Program-made: the position numbers and the translations under genes
NCBI GenBank assembly: GCA_032718475.1
Contig: JAUCBJ010002546.1
Coordinates: forward strand, 1-64,000
Length of the DNA: 64,000 nt
From: Nemertoderma westbladi
Lineage: Eukaryota > Animalia > Xenacoelomorpha
Direction of reading: 5' to 3'
In this document: piece after piece, positions 47,701 to 59,700 of the stretch
Position numbering within the stretch: position 1 is the stretch's first letter
How the letters are laid out: each line of letters begins with the position of its first letter
Notes under the pieces: model-generated
The model's database searches: none
What the model saw: the letters and a program-made list of their open reading frames with translations, nothing else
What the model was told of the DNA's origin: nothing

Positions 47701-50700
47701 TGTGGGTAGAAAGAGTAGATATTAGTGGGTAGAAATAGTAGATGTTAGTGGGAGCGGTCTGTGGGTAGAAAGAGTAGATGTTAGCGGGAGCGGTCTGTGG
47801 GTAGAAAGAGTAGATATTAGTGGGTAGAAAGAGTAGATGTTAGCGGGTAGAAAGAGTAGATATTAGTGGGAGCGGTCTGTGGGTAGAAAGAGTAGATATT
47901 AGTGGGTAGAAAGAGTAGATATTAGTGGGTAGAAAGAGTAGATATTAGTGGGAGCGGTCTGTGGGTAGAAAGAGTAGATGTTAGCGGGAGCGGTCTGTGG
48001 GTAGAAAGAGTAGATATTAGTGGGTAGAAAGAGTAGATGTTAGCGGGTAGAAAGAGTAGATATTAGTGGGAGCGGTCTGTGGGTAGAAAGAGTAGATATT
48101 AGTGGGTAGAAAGAGTAGATATTAGTGGGTAGAAAGAGTAGATATTAGTGGGAGCGGTCTGTGGGTAGAAAGAGTAGATGTTAGCGGGAGCGGTCTGTGG
48201 GTAGAAAGAGTAGATATTAGTGGGTAGAAAGAGTAGATGTTAGCGGGTAGAAAGAGTAGATATTAGTGGGAGCGGTCTGTGGGTAGAAAGAGTAGATATT
48301 AGTGGGTAGAAAGAGTAGATGTTAGTGGGTGCGGTCTGTGGGGCAGAAAGAGTAGATATTAGTGGGAGCGGTCTGTGGGTAGAAAGAGTAGATATTAGTG
48401 GGTAGAAAGAGTAGATGTTAGCGGGTAGAAAGAGTAGATATTAGTGGGAGCGGTCTGTGGGTAGAAAGAGTAGATATTAGTGGGTAGAAAGAGTAGATGT
48501 TAGTGGGTGCGGTCTGTGGGGCAGAAAGAGTAGATATTAGTGGGTGCGGTCTGTGGGGCAGAAAGAGTAGATATTAGTGGGTAGAAAGAGTAGATGTTAG
48601 CGGGAGCGGTCTGTGGGGCAGAAAGAGTAGATGTTAGCGGGTAGAAAGAGTAGATATTAGCGGGAGCGGTCTGTGGGTAGAAAGAGTAGATGTTAGCGGG
48701 AGCGGTCTGTGGGGCAGAAAGAGTAGATATTAGTGGGTAGAAAGAGTAGATGTTAGTGGGAGCGGTCTGTGGGTAGAAAGAGTAGATATTAGTGGGAGCG
48801 GTCTGTGGGTAGAAAGAGTAGATATTAGTGGGTAGAAAGAGTAGATGTTAGCGGGTAGAAAGAGTAGATATTAGCGGGAGCGGTCTGTGGGTAGAAAGAG
48901 TAGATGTTAGCGGGAGCGGTCTGTGGGGCAGAAAGAGTAGATATTAGTGGGTAGAAAGAGTAGATGTTAGTGGGAGCGGTCTGTGGGTAGAAAGAGTAGA
49001 TATTAGTGGGAGCGGTCTGTGGGGCAGAAAGAGTAGATATTAGTGGGTAGAAAGAGTAGATGTTAGTGGGAGCGGTCTGTGGGTAGAAAGAGTAGATATT
49101 AGTGGGAGCGGTCTGTGGGTAGAAAGAGTAGATATTAGTGGGTAGAAAGAGTAGATGTTAGCGGGTAGAAAGAGTAGATATTAGCGGGAGCGGTCTGTGG
49201 GTAGAAAGAGTAGATGTTAGCGGGAGCGGTCTGTGGGGCAGAAAGAGTAGATATTAGTGGGTAGAAAGAGTAGATGTTAGTGGGAGCGGTCTGTGGGTAG
49301 AAAGAGTAGATATTAGTGGGAGCGGTCTGTGGGTAGAAAGAGTAGATATTAGTGGGTAGAAAGAGTAGATATTAGTGGGAGCGGTCTGTGGGTAGAAAGA
49401 GTAGATGTTAGCGGGAGCGGTCTGTGGGTAGAAAGAGTAGATATTAGTGGGTAGAAAGAGTAGATGTTAGCGGGTAGAAAGAGTAGATATTAGCGGGAGC
49501 GGTCTGTGGGTAGAAAGAGTAGATGTTAGCGGGAGCGGTCTGTGGGTAGAAAGAGTAGATATTAGTGGGTAGAAATAGTAGATGTTAGTGGGAGCGGTCT
49601 GTGGGTAGAAAGAGTAGATGTTAGCGGGAGCGGTCTGTGGGTAGAAAGAGTAGATATTAGTGGGAGCGGTCTGTGGGGCAGAAAGAGTAGATATTAGTGG
49701 GAGCGGTCTGTGGGGCAGAAAGAGTAGATATTAGTGGGAGCGGTCTGTGGGGTAGAAAGAGTAGATGTTAGCGGGAGCGGTCTGTGGGGCAGAAAGAGTA
49801 GATATTAGTGGGAGCGGTCTGTGGGGTAGAAAGAGTAGATATTAGTGGGCAGAAAGAGTAGATATTAGTGGGAGCGGTCTGTGGGGCAGAAAGAGTAGAT
49901 ATTAGTGGGAGCGGTCTGTGGGGCAGAAAGAGTAGATGTTAGCGGGAGCGGTCTGTGGGTAGAAAGAGTAGATATTAGTGGGTAGAAAGAGTAGATATTA
50001 GTGGGTAGAAAGAGTAGATATTAGTGGGAGCGGTCTGTGGGGCAGAAAGAGTAGATATTAGTGGGAGCGGTCTGTGGGGCAGAAAGAGTAGATGTTAGCG
50101 GGAGCGGTCTGTGGGTAGAAAGAGTAGATATTAGTGGGTAGAAAGAGTAGATGTTAGCGGGAGCGGTCTGTGGGTAGAAAGAGTAGATGTTAGCGGGTAG
50201 AAAGAGTAGATGTTAGTGGGAGCGGTCTGTGGGGCAGAAAGAGTAGATATTAGTGGGAGCGGTCTGTGGGGCAGAAAGAGTAGATATTAGTGGGTAGAAA
50301 GAGTAGATATTAGTGGGTAGAAAGAGTAGATATTAGTGGGTAGAAAGAGTAGATGTTAGCGGGAGCGGTCTGTGGGTAGAAAGAGTAGATATTAGTGGGT
50401 AGAAAGAGTAGATATTAGTGGGTAGAAAGAGTAGATGTTAGCGGGAGCGGTCTGTGGGTAGAAAGAGTAGATATTAGTGGGAGCGGTCTGTGGGTAGAAA
50501 GAGTAGATATTAGTGGGAGCGGTCTGTGGGGCAGAAAGAGTAGATATTAGTGGGTAGAAAGAGTAGATATTAGTGGGTAGAAAGAGTAGATGTTAGTGGG
50601 TAGAAAGAGTAGATATTAGTGGGTAGAAAGAGTAGATGTTAGCGGGAGCGGTCTGTGGGGCAGAAAGAGTAGATATTAGTGGGTAGAAAGAGTAGATATT

Positions 50701-53700
50701 AGTGGGTAGAAAGAGTAGATATTAGTGGGTAGAAAGAGTAGATGTTAGCGGGAGCGGTCTGTGGGTAGAAAGAGTAGATATTAGTGGGAGCGGTCTGTGG
50801 GGTAGAAAGAGTAGATATTAGCGGGAGCGGTCTGTGGGTAGAAAGAGTAGATGTTAGTGGGAGCGGTCTGTGGGTAGAAAGAGTAGATATTAGTGGGAGC
50901 GGTCTGTGGGGCAGAAAGAGTAGATATTAGTGGGTAGAAAGAGTAGATGTTAGCGGGAGCGGTCTGTGGGTAGAAAGAGTAGATATTAGTGGGAGCGGTC
51001 TGTGGGTAGAAAGAGTAGATATTAGTGGGAGCGGTCTGTGGGGCAGAAAGAGTAGATATTAGTGGGTAGAAAGAGTAGATATTAGTGGGTAGAAAGAGTA
51101 GATGTTAGTGGGTAGAAAGAGTAGATATTAGTGGGTAGAAAGAGTAGATATTAGTGGGTAGAAAGAGTAGATGTTAGCGGGAGCGGTCTGTGGGTAGAAA
51201 GAGTAGATATTAGTGGGAGCGGTCTGTGGGTAGAAAGAGTAGATATTAGTGGGAGCGGTCTGTGGGTAGAAAGAGTAGATATTAGTGGGTAGAAAGAGTA
51301 GATATTAGCGGGAGCGGTCTGTGGGTAGAAAGAGTAGATATTAGTGGGTAGAAAGAGTAGATATTAGTGGGTAGAAAGAGTAGATGTTAGCGGGAGCGGT
51401 CTGTGGGTAGAAAGAGTAGATATTAGTGGGAGCGGTCTGTGGGTAGAAAGAGTAGATATTAGTGGGAGCGGTCTGTGGGTAGAAAGAGTAGATATTAGTG
51501 GGTAGAAAGAGTAGATGTTAGTGGGAGCGGTCTGTGGGGCAGAAAGAGTAGATATTAGTGGGTAGAAAGAGTAGATATTAGTGGGTAGAAAGAGTAGATA
51601 TTAGTGGGTAGAAAGAGTAGATGTTAGTGGGTAGAAAGAGTAGATATTAGTGGGTAGAAAGAGTAGATGTTAGCGGGAGCGGTCTGTGGGTAGAAAGAGT
51701 AGATATTAGTGGGTAGAAAGAGTAGATATTAGTGGGTAGAAAGAGTAGATATTAGTGGGTAGAAAGAGTAGATGTTAGCGGGAGCGGTCTGTGGGTAGAA
51801 AGAGTAGATATTAGTGGGCAGAAAGAGTAGATGTTAGCGGGAGCGGTCTGTGGGGCAGAAAGAGTAGATATTAGTGGGTAGAAAGAGTAGATATTAGTGG
51901 GTAGAAAGAGTAGATATTAGTGGGTAGAAAGAGTAGATGTTAGCGGGAGCGGTCTGTGGGTAGAAAGAGTAGATATTAGTGGGAGCGGTCTGTGGGTAGA
52001 AAGAGTAGATATTAGTGGGAGCGGTCTGTGGGGCAGAAAGAGTAGATATTAGTGGGTAGAAAGAGTAGATGTTAGCGGGAGCGGTCTGTGGGGCAGAAAG
52101 AGTAGATATTAGTGGGAGCGGTCTGTGGGGCAGAAAGAGTAGATATTAGTGGGAGCGGTCTGTGGGGCAGAAAGAGTAGATATTAGTGGGAGCGGTCTGT
52201 GGGGCAGAAAGAGTAGATATTAGTGGGAGCGGTCTGTGGGGCAGAAAGAGTAGATATTAGTGGGAGCGGTCTGTGGGGCAGAAAGAGTAGATATTAGTGG
52301 GAGCGGTCTGTGGGGCAGAAAGAGTAGATATTAGTGGGAGCGGTCTGTGGGGCAGAAAGAGTAGATATTAGTGGGAGCGGTCTGTGGGGCAGAAAGAGTA
52401 GATATTAGTGGGAGCGGTCTGTGGGGCAGAAAGAGTAGATATTAGTGGGAGCGGTCTGTGGGGCAGAAAGAGTAGATATTAGTGGGTAGAAAGAGTAGAT
52501 GTTAATGGGAGCGGTCTGTGGGTAGAAAGAGTAGATGTTAGCGGGAGCGGTCTGTGGGTAGAAAGAGTAGATGTTAGCGGGAGCGGTCTGTGGGTAGAAA
52601 GAGTAGATATTAGTGGGTAGAAAGAGTAGATATTAGTGGGAGCGGTCTGTGGGGCAGAAAGAGTAGATATTAGTGGGAGCGGTCTGTGGGGCAGAAAGAG
52701 TAGATATTAGTGGGTAGAAAGAGTAGATATTAGTGGGTAGAAAGAGTAGATATTAGTGGGAGCGGTCTGTGGGTAGAAAGAGTAGATATTAGTGGGAGCG
52801 GTCTGTGGGGCAGAAAGAGTAGATATTAGTGGGTAGAAAGAGTAGATGTTAGCGGGAGCGGTCTGTGGGTAGAAAGAGTAGATGTTAGTGGGTAGAAAGA
52901 GTAGATATTAGTGGGAGCGGTCTGTGGGGCAGAAAGAGTAGATATTAGTGGGAGCGGTCTGTGGGGCAGAAAGAGTAGATATTAGTGGGAGCGGTCTGTG
53001 GGGCAGAAAGAGTAGATATTAGTGGGTAGAAAGAGTAGATGTTAGCGGGAGCGGTCTGTGGGTAGAAAGAGTAGATATTAGTGGGAGCGGTCTGTGGGTA
53101 GAAAGAGTAGATATTAGTGGGAGCGGTCTGTGGGGCAGAAATAGTAGATATTAGTGGGTAGAAAGAGTAGATGTTAGCGGGAGCGGTCTGTGGGGCAGAA
53201 AGAGTAGATATTAGTGGGAGCGGTCTGTGGGTAGAAAGAGTAGATATTAGTGGGTAGAAAGAGTAGATATTAGTGGGTAGAAAGAGTAGATATTAGTGGG
53301 AGCGGTCTGTGGGTAGAAAGAGTAGATATTAGTGGGAGCGGTCTGTGGGGCAGAAAGAGTAGATATTAGTGGGTAGAAAGAGTAGATGTTAGCGGGAGCG
53401 GTCTGTGGGTAGAAAGAGTAGATATTAGTGGGAGCGGTCTGTGGGTAGAAAGAGTAGATATTAGTGGGAGCGGTCTGTGGGGTAGAACGAGTAGATGTTA
53501 GTGGGAGCGGTCTGTGGGGCAGAAAGAGTAGATATTAGTGGGAGCGGTCTGTGGGGCAGAAAGAGTAGATATTAGTGGGAGCGGTCTGTGGGGCAGAAAG
53601 AGTAGATATTAGTGGGTAGAAAGAGTAGATGTTAGCGGGAGCGGTCTGTGGGTAGAAAGAGTAGATGTTAGTGGGTAGAAAGAGTAGATGTTAGCGGGAG

Positions 53701-56700
53701 CGGTCTGTGGGTAGAAAGAGTAGATATTAGTGGGTAGAAAGAGTAGATGTTAGCGGGAGCGGTCTGTGGGTAGAAAGAGTAGATGTTAGTGGGTAGAAAG
53801 AGTAGATGTTAGCGGGAGCGGTCTGTGGGGCAGAAAGAGTAGATATTAGTGGGAGCGGTCTGTGGGTAGAAAGAGTAGATATTAGCGGGAGCGGTCTGTG
53901 GGTAGAAAGAGTAGATATTAGTGGGTAGAAAGAGTAGATATTAGTGGGTAGAAAGAGTAGATATTAGTGGGAGCGGTCTGTGGGGCAGAAAGAGTAGATA
54001 TTAGTGGGTAGAAAGAGTAGATATTAGTGGGTAGAAAGAGTAGATATTAGCGGGAGCGGTCTGTGGGGCAGAAAGAGTAGATATCAGTGGGAGCGGTCTG
54101 TGGGTAGAAAGAGTAGATATTAGTGGGAGCGGTCTGTGGGGCAGAAAGAGTAGATATTAGTGGGTAGAAAGAGTAGATGTTAGCGGGAGCGGTCTGTGGG
54201 TAGAAAGAGTAGATATTAGTGGGAGCGGTCTGTGGGTAGAAAGAGTAGATATTAGTGGGAGCGGTCTGTGGGTAGAAAGAGTAGATATTAGTGGGAGCGG
54301 TCTGTGGGTAGAAAGAGTAGATGTTAGCGGGAGCGGTCTGTGGGGCAGAAAGAGTAGATATTAGTGGGTAGAAAGAGTAGATGTTAGCGGGAGCGGTCTG
54401 TGGGGCAGAAAGAGTAGATATTAGTGGGAGCGGTCTGTGGGGCAGAAAGAGTAGATATTAGTGGGTAGAAAGAGTAGATGTTAGTGGGAGCGGTCTGTGG
54501 GGCAGAAAGAGTAGATATTAGTGGGAGCGGTCTGTGGGGCAGAAAGAGTAGATATTAGTGGGTAGAAAGAGTAGATGTTAGTGGGAGCGGTCTGTGGGGC
54601 AGAAAGAGTAGATATTAGTGGGAGCGGTCTGTGGGGCAGAAAGAGTAGATATTAGTGGGAGCGGTCTGTGGGGCAGAAATAGTAGATATTAGTGGGAGCG
54701 GTCTGTGGGGCAGAAAGAGTAGATATTAGTGGGTAGAAAGAGTAGATGTTAGTGGGAGCGGTCTGTGGGGCAGAAAGAGTAGATATTAGTGGGAGCGGTC
54801 TGTGGGGCAGAAAGAGTAGATATTAGTGGGAGCGGTCTGTGGGGCAGAAAGATTAGATATCAGTGGGAGCGGTCTGTGGGTAGAAAGAGTAGATGTTAGC
54901 GGGAGCGGTCTGTGGGTAGAAAGAGTAGATATTAGTGGGAGCGGTCTGTGGGGCAGAAAGAGTAGATATTAGTGGGAGCGGTCTGTGGGGCAGAAAGAGT
55001 AGATATTAGTGGGTAGAAAGAGTAGATGTTAGCGGGAGCGGTCTGTGGGGCAGAAAGAGTAGATATTAGTGGGTAGAAAGAGTAGATGTTAGCGGGAGCG
55101 GTCTGTGGGTAGAAAGAGTAGATGTTAGTGGGAGCGGTCTGTGGGTAGAAAGAGTAGATATTAGTGGGAGCGGTCTGTGGGTAGAAAGAGTAGATATTAG
55201 TGGGAGCGGTCTGTGGGGCAGAAAGAGTAGATATTAGTGGGAGCGGTCTGTGGGGCAGAAAGAGTAGATATTAGTGGGTAGAACGAGTAGATGTTAGCGG
55301 GAGCGGTCTGTGGGTAGAAAGAGTAGATGTTAGTGGGAGCGGTCTGTGGGTAGAAAGAGTAGATATTAGTGGGAGCGGTCTGTGGGGCAGAAAGAGTAGA
55401 TATTAGTGGGAGCGGTCTGTGGGGCAGAAAGAGTAGATATTAGTGGGTAGAAAGAGTAGATGTTAGCGGGAGCGGTCTGTGGGGCAGAAAGAGTAGATAT
55501 TAGTGGGTAGAAAGAGTAGATGTTAGCGGGAGCGGTCTGTGGGTAGAAAGAGTAGATATTAGTGGGTAGAAAGAGTAGATGTTAGCGGGAGCGGTCTGTG
55601 GGTAGAAAGAGTAGATATCAGTGGGTGCGGTCTGTGGGGCAGAAAGAGTAGATATTAGTGGGTAGAAAGAGTAGATGTTAGCGGGAGCGGTCTGTGGGTA
55701 GAAAGAGTAGATATTAGTGGGTAGAAAGAGTAGATGTTAGCGGGAGCGGTCTGTGGGTAGAAAGAGTAGATATCAGTGGGTGCGGTCTGTGGGGCAGAAA
55801 GAGTAGATATTAGTGGGTAGAAAGAGTAGATGTTAGCGGGAGCGGTCTGTGGGTAGAAAGAGTAGATATTAGTGGGTAGAAAGAGTAGATGTTAGCGGGA
55901 GCGGTCTGTGGGTAGAAAGAGTAGATATCAGTGGGTGCGGTCTGTGGGGCAGAAAGAGTAGATATTAGTGGGTAGAAAGAGTAGATGTTAGCGGGAGCGG
56001 TCTGTGGTAGAAAGAGTAGATGTAGCGGGAGCGGTCTGTGGGCAGAAAGAGTAGATATTAGTGGGAGCGGTCTGTGGGGCAGAAAGAGTAGATATTAGTG
56101 GGAGCGGTCTGTGGGGCAGAAAGAGTAGATATTAGTGGGAGCGGTCTGTGGGGCAGAAAGAGTAGATATTAGTGGGAGCGGTCTGTGGGGCAGAAAGAGT
56201 AGATATTAGTGGGAGCGGTCTGTGGGGCAGAAAGAGTAGATATTAGTGGGAGCGGTCTGTGGGGCAGAAAGAGTAGATATTAGTGGGTAGAAAGAGTAGA
56301 TGTTAGCGGGAGCGGTCTGTGGGTAGAAAGAGTAGATGTTAGCGGGAGCGGTCTGTGGGGCAGAAAGAGTAGATATTAGTGGGAGCGGTCTGTGGGGCAG
56401 AAAGAGTAGATATTAGTGGGTAGAAAGAGTAGATGTTAGTGGGAGCGGTCTGTGGGTAGAAAGAGTAGATATTAGTGGGTAGAAAGAGTAGATGTTAGCG
56501 GGAGCGGTCTGTGGGTAGAAAGAGTAGATGTTAGTGGGTAGAAAGAGTAGATGTTAGTGGGTAGAAAGAGTAGATATTAGTGGGAGCGGTCTGTGGGGCA
56601 GAAAGAGTAGATATTAGTGGGAGCGGTCTGTGGGGCAGAAAGAGTAGATATTAGTGGGTAGAAAGAGTAGATGTTAGTGGGAGCGGTCTGTGGGTAGAAA

Positions 56701-59700
56701 GAGTAGATATTAGTGGGTAGAAAGAGTAGATGTTAGCGGGAGCGGTCTGTGGGTAGAAAGAGTAGATGTTAGTGGGTAGAAAGAGTAGATGTTAGTGGGA
56801 GCGGTCTGTGGGTAGAAAGAGTAGATATTAGTGGGAGCGGTCTGTGGGTAGAAAGAGTAGATATTAGTGGGAGCGGTCTGTGGGGCAGAAAGAGTAGATA
56901 TTAGTGGGAGCGGTCTGTGGGGCAGAAAGAGTAGATATTAGTGGGTAGAAAGAGTAGATGTTAGTGGGAGCGGTCTGTGGGTAGAAAGAGTAGATATTAG
57001 TGGGTAGAAAGAGTAGATGTTAGCGGGAGCGGTCTGTGGGTAGAAAGAGTAGATGTTAGTGGGTAGAAAGAGTAGATGTTAGTGGGTAGAAAGAGTAGAT
57101 ATTAGTGGGAGCGGTCTGTGGGGCAGAAAGAGTAGATATTAGTGGGAGCGGTCTGTGGGGCAGAAAGAGTAGATATTAGTGGGTAGAAAGAGTAGATGTT
57201 AGTGGGAGCGGTCTGTGGGTAGAAAGAGTAGATATTAGTGGGTAGAAAGAGTAGATGTTAGCGGGAGCGGTCTGTGGGTAGAAAGAGTAGATGTTAGTGG
57301 GTAGAAAGAGTAGATGTTAGTGGGTAGAAAGAGTAGATATTAGTGGGAGCGGTCTGTGGGGCAGAAAGAGTAGATATTAGTGGGAGCGGTCTGTGGGGCA
57401 GAAAGAGTAGATATTAGTGGGTAGAAAGAGTAGATGTTAGTGGGAGCGGTCTGTGGGTAGAAAGAGTAGATATTAGTGGGTAGAAAGAGTAGATGTTAGC
57501 GGGAGCGGTCTGTGGGTAGAAAGAGTAGATGTTAGTGGGTAGAAAGAGTAGATGTTAGTGGGAGCGGTCTGTGGGTAGAAAGAGTAGATATTAGTGGGAG
57601 CGGTCTGTGGGTAGAAAGAGTAGATATTAGTGGGAGCGGTCTGTGGGGCAGAAAGAGTAGATATTAGTGGGAGCGGTCTGTGGGGCAGAAAGAGTAGATA
57701 TTAGTGGGTAGAACGAGTAGATGTTAGCGGGAGCGGTCTGTGGGTAGAAAGAGTAGATGTTAGTGGGAGCGGTCTGTGGGTAGAAAGAGTAGATATTAGT
57801 GGGAGCGGTCTGTGGGGCAGAAAGAGTAGATATTAGTGGGAGCGGTCTGTGGGGCAGAAAGAGTAGATATTAGTGGGTAGAAAGAGTAGATGTTAGCGGG
57901 AGCGGTCTGTGGGGCAGAAAGAGTAGATATTAGTGGGTAGAAAGAGTAGATGTTAGCGGGAGCGGTCTGTGGGTAGAAAGAGTAGATATTAGTGGGTAGA
58001 AAGAGTAGATGTTAGCGGGAGCGGTCTGTGGGTAGAAAGAGTAGATATCAGTGGGTGCGGTCTGTGGGGCAGAAAGAGTAGATATTAGTGGGTAGAAAGA
58101 GTAGATGTTAGCGGGAGCGGTCTGTGGGTAGAAAGAGTAGATATTAGTGGGTAGAAAGAGTAGATGTTAGCGGGAGCGGTCTGTGGGTAGAAAGAGTAGA
58201 TATCAGTGGGTGCGGTCTGTGGGGCAGAAAGAGTAGATATTAGTGGGTAGAAAGAGTAGATGTTAGCGGGAGCGGTCTGTGGGTAGAAAGAGTAGATATT
58301 AGTGGGTAGAAAGAGTAGATGTTAGCGGGAGCGGTCTGTGGGTAGAAAGAGTAGATATCAGTGGGTGCGGTCTGTGGGGCAGAAAGAGTAGATATTAGTG
58401 GGTAGAAAGAGTAGATGTTAGCGGGAGCGGTCTGTGGGGCAGAAAGAGTAGATATTAGTGGGAGCGGTCTGTGGGGCAGAAAGAGTAGATATTAGTGGGA
58501 GCGGTCTGTGGGGCAGAAAGAGTAGATATTAGTGGGAGCGGTCTGTGGGGCAGAAAGAGTAGATATTAGTGGGAGCGGTCTGTGGGGCAGAAAGAGTAGA
58601 TATTAGTGGGTAGAAAGAGTAGATGTTAGCGGGAGCGGTCTGTGGGTAGAAAGAGTAGATGTTAGCGGGAGCGGTCTGTGGGGCAGAAAGAGTAGATATT
58701 AGTGGGAGCGGTCTGTGGGGCAGAAAGAGTAGATATTAGTGGGTAGAAAGAGTAGATGTTAGTGGGAGCGGTCTGTGGGTAGAAAGAGTAGATATTAGTG
58801 GGTAGAAAGAGTAGATGTTAGCGGGAGCGGTCTGTGGGTAGAAAGAGTAGATGTTAGTGGGTAGAAAGAGTAGATGTTAGTGGGTAGAAAGAGTAGATAT
58901 TAGTGGGAGCGGTCTGTGGGGCAGAAAGAGTAGATATTAGTGGGAGCGGTCTGTGGGGCAGAAAGAGTAGATATTAGTGGGTAGAAAGAGTAGATGTTAG
59001 TGGGAGCGGTCTGTGGGTAGAAAGAGTAGATATTAGTGGGTAGAAAGAGTAGATGTTAGCGGGAGCGGTCTGTGGGTAGAAAGAGTAGATGTTAGTGGGT
59101 AGAAAGAGTAGATGTTAGTGGGAGCGGTCTGTGGGTAGAAAGAGTAGATATTAGTGGGTAGAAAGAGTAGATGTTAGTGGGAGCGGTCTGTGGGTAGAAA
59201 GAGTAGATGTTAGCGGGAGCGGTCTGTGGGTAGAAAGAGTAGATATTAGTGGGAGCGGTCTGTGGGTAGAAAGAGTAGATATTAGTGGGTAGAAAGAGTA
59301 GATATTAGTGGGTAGAAAGAGTAGATATTAGTGGGAGCGGTCTGTGGGTAGAAAGAGTAGATGTTAGCGGGAGCGGTCTGTGGGTAGAAAGAGTAGATAT
59401 TAGTGGGTAGAAAGAGTAGATGTTAGCGGGTAGAAAGAGTAGATATTAGCGGGAGCGGTCTGTGGGTAGAAAGAGTAGATGTTAGCGGGAGCGGTCTGTG
59501 GGTAGAAAGAGTAGATATTAGTGGGTAGAAATAGTAGATGTTAGTGGGAGCGGTCTGTGGGTAGAAAGAGTAGATGTTAGCGGGAGCGGTCTGTGGGTAG
59601 AAAGAGTAGATATTAGTGGGAGCGGTCTGTGGGGCAGAAAGAGTAGATATTAGTGGGAGCGGTCTGTGGGGCAGAAAGAGTAGATATTAGTGGGTAGAAA

